A stretch of 19,506 nt of DNA, taken from positions 1-19,506 of the forward strand of contig JAKFBU010000017.1 of NCBI GenBank assembly GCA_036676985.1, given 5' to 3'. The position numbers were made by a program, and so were the translations under genes. The notes under the pieces are model-generated. The model made no database searches. It saw only the letters and a list, made by a program, of their open reading frames with translations, and was not told the origin of the DNA. This DNA is from Candidatus Sericytochromatia bacterium (GTDB taxonomy: Bacteria > Cyanobacteriota > Sericytochromatia > S15B-MN24 > UBA4093). This document shows, in pieces, positions 1 through 7,322 of this stretch (positions are counted from its first letter, which is position 1; every line of letters starts with the position of its first letter).

Positions 1-2
1 AC

Positions 3-1076
3 ATGTCCCTGGGCGGTCCCCAGCAGTCGCAGGCCCTCAAGGACGCCGTCGACCAGGTCACGGCCAAGGGCGTGCTCTGCGTCGTCGCGGCCGGCAACGA
101 CGGCAACTCGACGGCCAACTACCCCGCGGCCTACCCCAACGCCTTCTCGGTCGGCGCCACGGACCAGAGCGACAAGCGCACGAGCTTCTCGCAGTATGGC
201 AGCACCCTGGACATCGCGGCCCCCGGCCTCAACATCCTCTCGACCACCGAGAAGACCTACAAGGAGCACTCGGGCACGAGCATGGCCAGCCCGCACGTCG
301 CGGGTGCCGCGGCCCTCTTGCTCGCCAAGAACCCCAACCTGACGGTCCAGCAGCTCCGCGAGGCCCTGCAGAACACCGCCGAGCCCACCAGCGGCTTCTC
401 GGGCGCCACCGTCAAGCGGATCAACGTCGCCAAGGCCCTCGAGTCCGTCGGCGGCACGGCCCCTGCGCCCGCTCCCAGCGAGCCCACGGCTCCGTCGACG
501 CCCGGCGCCGACACCCAGGCTCCGAGCGTGCCCAACGGTCTGAAGGCGCTTGCGGCCTCCGCGTCCCAGGTCCAGCTCGACTGGAACGAGGCCACGGACA
601 ATACGGGCGTCTCGGGGTACCGCGTCTACCGTGACGGCCAGCTCATCGCGACCACCACGTCGACGTCCTACCAGGATTCTAACCTGTCGGCGGGTCGTAA
701 CTACGCCTACGCCGTGGCCGCCCTCGATGCGGCGGGCAACGTGTCGGGTCAGTCGACGCCGGCCAACGTCCAGACGCCCAGCTCCGACTCGCAGCTGACC
801 GTCTCGAACGTGGCCCTCAAGAGCCTGAGCCGCACCAGCGCCACTGTCGGCTGGAGCACGAGCGTCGAGGCCAACTCGCGCGTCGACTACACCTCGAGCG
901 CGACGTATTACAGCGGCTACTGGCAGAACGTCCGCGACGCTGCGATGACGACCGCCCACGCCGTGACCATGCCGAACCTCCAGCCGGGCGGCATCTACTA
1001 CCTCAAGCTCACGTCCGTGGACGCGCAGGGTCAGCGCGTGACCGCCGGCCTCTACGGTCTGCGCGTTCCTCGCTAA
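3..1076 (+). CDS. S8 (subtilisin-like) serine peptidase, C-terminal part, with Pro/Ala/Thr linker and two Fn3-like domains; 5'-truncated by the window edge
   Basis: Begins within the (N)MSLGG motif. Oxyanion-hole motif AAGN, DIAAPG and catalytic Ser motif [11 protein letters not shown] are present. DTQAPSVP...[19 protein letters not shown] is a bacterial Fn3 signature. The catalytic Asp/His lie upstream of the window. Confidence 0.93.
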   Translation: MSLGGPQQSQALKDAVDQVTAKGVLCVVAAGNDGNSTANYPAAYPNAFSVGATDQSDKRTSFSQYGSTLDIAAPGLNILSTTEKTYKEHSGTSMASPHVAGAAALLLAKNPNLTVQQLREALQNTAEPTSGFSGATVKRINVAKALESVGGTAPAPAPSEPTAPSTPGADTQAPSVPNGLKALAASASQVQLDWNEATDNTGVSGYRVYRDGQLIATTTSTSYQDSNLSAGRNYAYAVAALDAAGNVSGQSTPANVQTPSSDSQLTVSNVALKSLSRTSATVGWSTSVEANSRVDYTSSATYYSGYWQNVRDAAMTTAHAVTMPNLQPGGIYYLKLTSVDAQGQRVTAGLYGLRVPR

Positions 1077-1091
1077 GCCCCCGATAACCCG

Positions 1092-1120
1092 AGAGGCCGC
1101 CCCGTCGGGGCGGCCTCTTT
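1092..1120 (+). terminator. Intrinsic terminator hairpin between convergent genes (possibly bidirectional)
   Basis: Perfect 12-bp stem AGAGGCCGCCCC / GGGGCGGCCTCT with GTC loop and a short T run, 15 nt after the protease stop. Confidence 0.8.
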
Positions 1121-1126
1121 CGGCGT

Positions 1127-1585
1127 TTAGTAAACGATGAGGATGCGCATCCGGTCGATGAAGTGATCCTTGCCGTTGGCGGCCTTCAGCTTGGCGGCGT
1201 CCTCGCTCGAGAAGATGAGGCGATCGCCCCCCTCGACCCGGACGGGCTTGAGGACCATGGGCTTGGCGCCCACGCGCGGATTACCCGCCTGCTCGTCGAA
1301 CGATCGCACCCAGCGGGCGAAGCCGTCGCTGGTCACCTTGTCGGGGTCGAAGCTCAGCCCTTCCAGCAGGTTGTGGGCGCTGTCGTCGAACATGGCCGGC
1401 GACATGCGCGGCGCGAAGTCCAGGTCCCGCGCGTCGATGACGAGCCCCGTCACGTCCGGCTCGGCAGGCTTGGGGGTGGCAACGGGCGGCTTGGCCTTGG
1501 GGGCGGGTGCCTTGGGGGCCGCGACGGCCGGCAGGGCGACGAGGCACAGACCGAGGGCGAGCGTGGCGAACGATCGAAGGCGCAT
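1127..1585 (-). CDS. Exported hypothetical protein (152 aa), resembling the C-terminal domain found in some LPP20-annotated proteins
   Basis: ATG 1585 has a GAGGAG RBS. Signal peptide ends in AVA-A, then a Pro/Lys linker. The TGLVIDAR...P.MSP...NP....P.V.K pattern is recalled from that family (unverified). Confidence 0.7.
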   Translation of the reverse strand: MRLRSFATLALGLCLVALPAVAAPKAPAPKAKPPVATPKPAEPDVTGLVIDARDLDFAPRMSPAMFDDSAHNLLEGLSFDPDKVTSDGFARWVRSFDEQAGNPRVGAKPMVLKPVRVEGGDRLIFSSEDAAKLKAANGKDHFIDRMRILIVY

Positions 1586-1602
1586 GGAGTCTCCTCTCGA
1601 GA

Positions 1603-2319
1603 TCATGGGCGATCGCCGAGCTTGAGGCGCAGCGCTCGTTCCGTTTGACGTTGCGTGGGACGGAGCGGCAGCTTCACCACCGCATCGAGGGTCTTCCGGG
1701 CGAGCGGGCGGTTGCCCGCATCGAGCTGAGCCCTGGCCCGGGCGAGGCCCTGGTCCGCGCCGCGCTCGGCCCAGTCGGCCAGGAGCGCGCGGGCCTTGGG
1801 CAGCCAGTCCGGGTCGGCGATGGGCACGAGTTGCATGACCGCGCCGAAGAAGTCGCCCTCACCCTGCAGCCGGTAGCTTTCCAGGATGAGCGCCTCGGCA
1901 TCGGGTGCCGCGGGAGCCGCGGCAGCCGGTGGCGGTGTCGGCTGGGGCGGGAAGGTCGGGACGGGCGTCGGCACCACGACCACCGCCACGACGGGGGCCG
2001 GGCCGCGGGCCGTGAGGCTGGCCTTGAGGACCTGGCGTTCTCCTGCCTTGAAGGCCGCCTGGATGGTGCCTTCCCCCGGCCCCTTGACCTGGAAGGTGCC
2101 CGGCTCCGGTCCCGGCTCGAAGACGCCCCCGAACGTCCACTCGACGGCCTCGGACCGCAGGGAGGCGGTGGCGTCGTAGGCATAGACGAGGGCACGGTGC
2201 GTGCCGCGGGTGGAGACGTAGGTGCCGGCCTCGAGGTCGGTGACGTGGAGGCCGAAGCGCATGGGCTGGTAGGCGCAGCCGACGAGCGTCAGGGCGAGGA
2301 GCGGGAGGAGGCGCTTCAT
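1603..2319 (-). CDS. Hypothetical lipoprotein (238 aa): beta-rich N domain, Pro-rich linker, TPR-like helical C terminus
   Basis: MKRLLPLLALTLVGC lipobox; ATGA overlap with the upstream gene; PTPVPTFPPQPTPPP linker. Confidence 0.75.
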   Translation of the reverse strand: MKRLLPLLALTLVGCAYQPMRFGLHVTDLEAGTYVSTRGTHRALVYAYDATASLRSEAVEWTFGGVFEPGPEPGTFQVKGPGEGTIQAAFKAGERQVLKASLTARGPAPVVAVVVVPTPVPTFPPQPTPPPAAAAPAAPDAEALILESYRLQGEGDFFGAVMQLVPIADPDWLPKARALLADWAERGADQGLARARAQLDAGNRPLARKTLDAVVKLPLRPTQRQTERALRLKLGDRP

Positions 2320-2741
2320 GGGGCCACCTTGAGGGCGGGCTGCCGATCGTCGAGGCTGCGGCGCGCGTCGAGGGCGCTCACTATCCCGACCCCCAGCCAG
2401 CTGATGACGAAGCCCTGCAGGATCTCGGCCGCCACCTGCTCGGGGGGCACGAAGCTGGAGCTGCCGAAGAAGAGGGCATGCTGAGCCACCGCGAGGCCCG
2501 CCGTCAGGCCCACGGCCGTACCGGCGTAGAGCCAGCCCTTGGTGGTTTCGCCGAGGTAAAGCTGGGCGGCGCCCGGCAGGGCGAAGGACAGGCCAATGCC
2601 CGCTCCGGTGGGCACCTGCGCGGTCACGACCAGGGGTTTGCCGTCCGCTCCGAGGACCGGTTGCGCCAGGGGCGCCGCCTCGGTCGCAAGGGGCGTCAGG
2701 AACACCATGGAGGCCAGCAAAAGCGCGGTCTTACTACGCAT
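2316..2741 (-). CDS. Hypothetical membrane protein (141 aa)
   Basis: Signal peptide, then LSFALPGAAQLYLGETTKG (resembles the TM2-like PGxGQxYxG pattern) and 2-3 hydrophobic helices; stop overlaps the next start. Confidence 0.75.
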   Translation of the reverse strand: MRSKTALLLASMVFLTPLATEAAPLAQPVLGADGKPLVVTAQVPTGAGIGLSFALPGAAQLYLGETTKGWLYAGTAVGLTAGLAVAQHALFFGSSSFVPPEQVAAEILQGFVISWLGVGIVSALDARRSLDDRQPALKVAP

Positions 2742-2747
2742 GGCACT

Positions 2748-2776
2748 ATGCTAGCCCCCTTTTGCACCGTATGCAA
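2748..2776 (-). promoter_or_regulatory. Sigma70-type promoter, probably producing a leaderless mRNA
   Basis: Minus strand TTGCAT-17 bp-TAGCAT; the -10 box ends 6 nt before ATG 2741, with no SD in between. Confidence 0.55.
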
Positions 2777-2822
2777 GGGCTTTTCGGGCCGATTGCCCAT
2801 CTGGCCAAGTATGAAGCGGGTT

Positions 2823-2831
2823 TGCTACACT
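2823..2831 (+). promoter_or_regulatory. Extended -10 promoter of the LCP gene, probably leaderless
   Basis: TGcTACACT ends 6 nt before ATG 2838; no SD. Confidence 0.55.
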
Positions 2832-2837
2832 AGCGAC

Positions 2838-4241
2838 ATGAGCGCACGCCCTCCCCACGCAACTTCCGGCAGCTCGCCGCGCCCGACTCCGCCCAAGAAG
2901 GGCGGCAAGGCCGGTTGGATCGTCTTGCTCGCAGCCGGCATGCTCGTTTCCTTCGGAGCGGGGGCCGTCACGTGCCTCGGCATGCGCCAGTCGGGCTTGT
3001 TGCCCGAAGACGCCCCGCCGGTCCAGTCCCTGGCGGAGCTCCCGGGGACGATCGCGGCCGCCACCCTGAGCCGTACCAACGTCCTGCTGCTCGGCAGCGA
3101 CGTCGGCTATACCGGGCGCCGTCGCGACTCCGAAGCCCCCGTGCGGTCGGACACGATCATCGTCGCGTCCCTGGATCCGAAGAACGGCCAGGTCAACCTG
3201 CTGTCCATCCCCCGCGACACCCGGGTCGAGATTCCGGGGCGCCAAGGCTTCGACAAGATCAACGCGGCCTTCGCCTTCGGCGGCGCCGACCTGACGCGCG
3301 AGACGGTCGCGCAGTTCCTCGGCGTGCCCATCGACCATTACGTCCGCCTCAAGCTGGACGGGCTCATGCAGATCGTGGACGTGCTCGGCGGCATCGACGT
3401 CGAGGTCGAGAAGAACATGCGGTACCGCGATCGCGCAGGCGGCCTCAAGATCTCGCTCAAGAAGGGCCTTCAGACCCTCAACGGCCAACAGGCGCAGGAG
3501 TATGTCCGGTTCCGGCATGACGAGAACGGGGACATCGGTCGCGTTCAGCGCCAGCAGGTCTTCATCAAGGCGGTGGTCGCCAAGCTGCTGGAGCCTGCGA
3601 CCATCCTGAAGCTGCCCGCCATCATCGAGGTGGTCCAGCAGAACATCGAGACGGACTTCACGACCGACGAGATCCTCCGTTACGCCACCTGGGCCAAGGG
3701 CCTCCACGCGGAGGCGATCCATGCGGAGATGGTCCCGGGGGCCTTCTCGGGCAACAAGTTCCCCGTCAGCTACTGGTTGCCCGACGCGGAGGCGACCCGC
3801 CACCTGGCGAGCCGGCTCTTGACGGACGTCATGGCGACGGGCATGCCCCCGGCTGACCCGGCTCAGCCGGACGTTCCGGCCGTGACGGTCGACCCGACGA
3901 TCAAGGCGGGGGCCCGCATCACGATCCTGAACGGGACGGCGCGCACGGGGCTTGCGAGCGAGGCGGCGCGGGTGCTGCGCCAGGAGGGCTGGACCGTCTG
4001 GGTGGTCGGCAACGCGCCCCGCAAGGACGTGGCGGCGACCGAGTTCGCCGTCTCCCATGGCGACGGGGCCCTGGTCCGCCCGCTCGCGCAGACCCTGGGC
4101 GTCACCGGGGCGTTCAGTCGCGCTGCGGGGGACCCCTCGACGGACTATACGATCACGCTCGGAGAGGACTTTGCCGAGGCGCTGAGGCAGGAGCGGTTGC
4201 CGGCGCTCGGAAGTGCCGCTCCTACGGGGCCTCAACAGTAG
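2838..4241 (+). CDS. LCP (LytR-CpsA-Psr) family cell-wall glycopolymer transferase with C-terminal LytR_C domain (467 aa)
   Basis: One N-terminal TM helix. Motifs NVLLLGSD, RSDTIIV, LLSIPRDT, KINAAF, YVRFRHD..GDIGRVQRQQ, and LytR_C ILNGTARTGLAS...ITLGEDF. The ORF-track start at 2478 overlaps an opposite-strand gene, so the start is moved to ATG 2838. Confidence 0.93.
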   Translation: MSARPPHATSGSSPRPTPPKKGGKAGWIVLLAAGMLVSFGAGAVTCLGMRQSGLLPEDAPPVQSLAELPGTIAAATLSRTNVLLLGSDVGYTGRRRDSEAPVRSDTIIVASLDPKNGQVNLLSIPRDTRVEIPGRQGFDKINAAFAFGGADLTRETVAQFLGVPIDHYVRLKLDGLMQIVDVLGGIDVEVEKNMRYRDRAGGLKISLKKGLQTLNGQQAQEYVRFRHDENGDIGRVQRQQVFIKAVVAKLLEPATILKLPAIIEVVQQNIETDFTTDEILRYATWAKGLHAEAIHAEMVPGAFSGNKFPVSYWLPDAEATRHLASRLLTDVMATGMPPADPAQPDVPAVTVDPTIKAGARITILNGTARTGLASEAARVLRQEGWTVWVVGNAPRKDVAATEFAVSHGDGALVRPLAQTLGVTGAFSRAAGDPSTDYTITLGEDFAEALRQERLPALGSAAPTGPQQ

Positions 4242-4275
4242 GTCAATTGACCTGGCGCTCGGAGCTGACGCCCCC

Positions 4276-5406
4276 TTATTGTGCCGTGAGGCTGACGACC
4301 TTGTTGCCCGTGGGATCGGCGACCCAGACCTTGCCGGCCGGGTCGTAGGTGATCGAGACCGGTGACAATGGCAGGGTCACCGAGCCTTGCGCCGTCCCGT
4401 CGAGACCGAAGTAGCGCACCTTGTTGGGGCCGGCACAGGCCACCCAGAGACGGGATCCCTGCGCCACGAGCGACACGGGTGAGTCGCCGGCCAGGGCGTA
4501 AGTCTGCACCGAGCCCGCGCTCACCTTCGAGAGGCTCTGCCCGGTGCGATTCGCCGTCCAGACGGCCCCGGCGGAGTCCAGGGCGACTGCCACCGGATTG
4601 GCCCCCACGCTGTAGGTTGCGGCGACGGCCCCATCGGCCCGGCTCACCTGGTAGAGGACGTTGTCGGTCGCCGCGACCCAGGCGTGGGTCGAGGAAAGGG
4701 CGATCGCATTCGGGGTGGCCGGTAGCGCGAAGGTCTGACTCGCCCCCGTGGCCGTCGCGATTCGGGTCAAGGAGCCTCCCCGGTGGGCGATCCAGACCTG
4801 GGCGGTGTCGGCGGCGAGGCCGGCCGGGTTCACAGCAATGGACATCGAGGCGACAAAGCGCACGTTTGGCGAGGTTGCCACCTGGTCGACGCGGGCCGAT
4901 CCCGAGCTGACGATCCAGAGGTCGGCCCCGAGGCCGGATGGGACGGCCGCCAGGAAGCTCGGCTGGGATAGGCCGGTGCTGTAAGGCGTGCCGACCGGAC
5001 TGGTTCCGAGCGCTCCGGCTGAGCTCGCGCTGAGCGGAGCGATGTCGCCGGCACGCAGGATCCAGGTCCCCCCCGTCCCGGCAAACGCGAAGCTGCGCGG
5101 GCCGCCCGACACCGTGAGGGGCTGGCCCAGGGTCGCGAGCGGCGTGGGGCTCGGGGTGGGCTGCACGTAGACGGGAGGATTGGTCGGTAGGGTCACGGTG
5201 GGCTGAGCCGTGCTGATGCCGCTCGACACCTGCGCGGGGTCGGGCGTGGCGTCACCGGTCTGAATGCCGCCCGAGACGGTCGGAGCCGGAGTGGCCTTCT
5301 TGGTCTTAGGGGTGACGCCCGCGATCTCGTCCTCGGGACATCCCACCAGGCAGAACGTGGCAAGGACGGCGAGGGGGGCTGCAAACCGGCGCGGAAACGT
5401 AGACAT
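4276..5406 (-). CDS. Lipoprotein with Pro/Thr-rich stalk and C-terminal beta-propeller (Vgb/YncE-like repeats), ~376 aa
   Basis: LVGC lipobox, PT-rich linker, ~40-aa repeats such as VGANPVAVALDSAGAVWTAN and PVSITYDPAGKVWVAD. Start is ATG 5406 or GTG 5415. Confidence 0.8.
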   Translation of the reverse strand: MSTFPRRFAAPLAVLATFCLVGCPEDEIAGVTPKTKKATPAPTVSGGIQTGDATPDPAQVSSGISTAQPTVTLPTNPPVYVQPTPSPTPLATLGQPLTVSGGPRSFAFAGTGGTWILRAGDIAPLSASSAGALGTSPVGTPYSTGLSQPSFLAAVPSGLGADLWIVSSGSARVDQVATSPNVRFVASMSIAVNPAGLAADTAQVWIAHRGGSLTRIATATGASQTFALPATPNAIALSSTHAWVAATDNVLYQVSRADGAVAATYSVGANPVAVALDSAGAVWTANRTGQSLSKVSAGSVQTYALAGDSPVSLVAQGSRLWVACAGPNKVRYFGLDGTAQGSVTLPLSPVSITYDPAGKVWVADPTGNKVVSLTAQ

Positions 5407-5424
5407 GCTGCTCACAATCGAACG

Positions 5425-7311
5425 CTAGGGAACTACGACCCGGATGGCGAAATTCAAGAGATCCGTCACGAAGATCTTGCCGTCGGTCGCGACGGCCAGG
5501 CCCGCTACCGCCGAGAACCGCGCGTCCGCGTTCGGTCCGTCCGCGGAGCCCTGCGTGCCATTCCCCGCCAGGGTGCTGACCACGCCGGCCGGGGTGATCT
5601 TCCGTATCGAGCAGTTGTTGCCGTCCGTGACGATCAAATTACCGCCAGGGTCCAGGGCCACGCTCATCGGCGTGAAGAACCGAGCGCTACTCGTCGCCCC
5701 GTCCACGAAGCCCGGCGTCCCATCACCTGCGATCGTGGAGACGGTACCTCCGCTCGAGATCTTCCGGATGCGGTGGTTGAGCGCGTCGCACACGTAGATG
5801 TTGCCCGCGGAGTCCCGGCACATCCCCGCCACTCCACTGAACTTGGCCGTGGCAAGTGGGCCATCCTCGAAACCTTGACCCGCATCTCCTGCAAACGTTG
5901 AGACGACCCCGTTCTCGATCTTTCGGATCTTGTGGTTGAAGGTGTCGCCCACGTAGACGACGTCCCCCACCGCGAGGATGCCTTGCGGCATGCTGAACGA
6001 GGCCGACGCTGCGGGGCCGTCGGCGGCCCCCCAGGTTCCGTCGCCCGCCAGCGTGGTCACGACCCCCGTCGGCGTCACCTTGCGGATCCGCTGATTCCCG
6101 GTGTCCGCCACGTAGAGATTGTCATTGGCCCCCACTGACAGGGCCATCGCCGAGAAGAACTGGGCCGATCCTCCCGCGCCGTCCAGGTATCCTGCGGTCT
6201 TCTGGCCGGCCAGGGTCGTGACGGTTCCGTCGGGGGTCACCTTGCAGATTCGATTTCCAATCTGCGCTTCGGACACCAAGAGGTTGCCGCGAGAGTCCAT
6301 CGCCATGCCATAGGGAATCGAGATCTCACCCGAGCCCGGATACTTACCGGTGGTCCCGCGCACGCCCAGGAAGGTGGCGATCGTGATCACGTCCCCCCCG
6401 GGCACCATGAGGCTGAACGGGCCCGAAACGGCATTGTTGGGAACCGCGACCGTCGCCGTGGTCCGGTCGGCCGAAACGCTCCAGGTCGCCGCGGGCACAT
6501 CGCCGAACATAAAGGTGTTGCGGCCGTCGATGGGGTCGAACCCCGCTCCCTTGATGGTCAGGTTGGTACCGGGAATCGCCGAGGAGGGCGTGACCGAGGT
6601 GACCATCGGGCGCGGATTGGCAAAGGAATAGTCGCCGGAAGCCAGCGAGATCGCCGCCATCGGATCCTGATCCAGAAGGATGGCCGAGCTCACGAGGTTC
6701 ACCACGGGCAGGAAGTCCGTCGCGTTGGTGAGTCCCCCGGCCTCGGTGAACCCACCGGTGGTCGGGTTGATCTTGTTGATCAGCGCGACCAGGCCCGCCT
6801 GATCGAGCTGCTTGAGGTTGGCCGCTGCCGCGAGCGCGGTGGTGTAGACGCTGACGCTGATTCCCGAGTTGGGGGTGCTGTTGGTGAGGCTCTGCCAGCC
6901 GCCGTTCCAGAAGAGGAGGGTCCGGATCCGGACGACGCCTGCGCCCACGCGATTCGGCTGGCCCCCGACTGAGAGCCCCTTCACCGCCTCCAGGACGTAG
7001 GGCTTCCCGTCGATCGGCGTGAAGTTGGTGAAGGTGAGCACGAAACTGCCCGAGGCATCCGTGACCGAGCTGCTGACCGTGTTGCCGGTGACCGCATCGA
7101 TCAGCGACACCGTCGCCGCGTTGGCGACCTCGCCGAGCGTGGCCTGGGTCTGATACCGGGGTTGGAAGCTCACGGTCCCCCGGACGGTGTAGGCGCCCTG
7201 AGCCGTGGGGGAGTCCGCGAGGGTCGTTTTCGGGACCAAGGGCGCCGGACAGCCGGCCAGCAGCACGACGGCGGCCAGACCAGCCAGTAACTTGCGAGTC
7301 GCGACGGGCAT
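5425..7311 (-). CDS. Lipoprotein: unassigned N-terminal domain + IPT/TIG domain + NHL-repeat beta-propeller (628 aa)
   Basis: GAGGAG RBS before ATG 7311; LAGC lipobox; IPT-like PMVTSVTPSSAIPGTNLTIKGAGF; repeated LYVADTGNQRIRKVTPTGVVTTLAGDG..G..DG...A.F NHL units. Confidence 0.88.
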   Translation of the reverse strand: MPVATRKLLAGLAAVVLLAGCPAPLVPKTTLADSPTAQGAYTVRGTVSFQPRYQTQATLGEVANAATVSLIDAVTGNTVSSSVTDASGSFVLTFTNFTPIDGKPYVLEAVKGLSVGGQPNRVGAGVVRIRTLLFWNGGWQSLTNSTPNSGISVSVYTTALAAAANLKQLDQAGLVALINKINPTTGGFTEAGGLTNATDFLPVVNLVSSAILLDQDPMAAISLASGDYSFANPRPMVTSVTPSSAIPGTNLTIKGAGFDPIDGRNTFMFGDVPAATWSVSADRTTATVAVPNNAVSGPFSLMVPGGDVITIATFLGVRGTTGKYPGSGEISIPYGMAMDSRGNLLVSEAQIGNRICKVTPDGTVTTLAGQKTAGYLDGAGGSAQFFSAMALSVGANDNLYVADTGNQRIRKVTPTGVVTTLAGDGTWGAADGPAASASFSMPQGILAVGDVVYVGDTFNHKIRKIENGVVSTFAGDAGQGFEDGPLATAKFSGVAGMCRDSAGNIYVCDALNHRIRKISSGGTVSTIAGDGTPGFVDGATSSARFFTPMSVALDPGGNLIVTDGNNCSIRKITPAGVVSTLAGNGTQGSADGPNADARFSAVAGLAVATDGKIFVTDLLNFAIRVVVP

Positions 7312-7322
7312 GCTTGGTCTCC

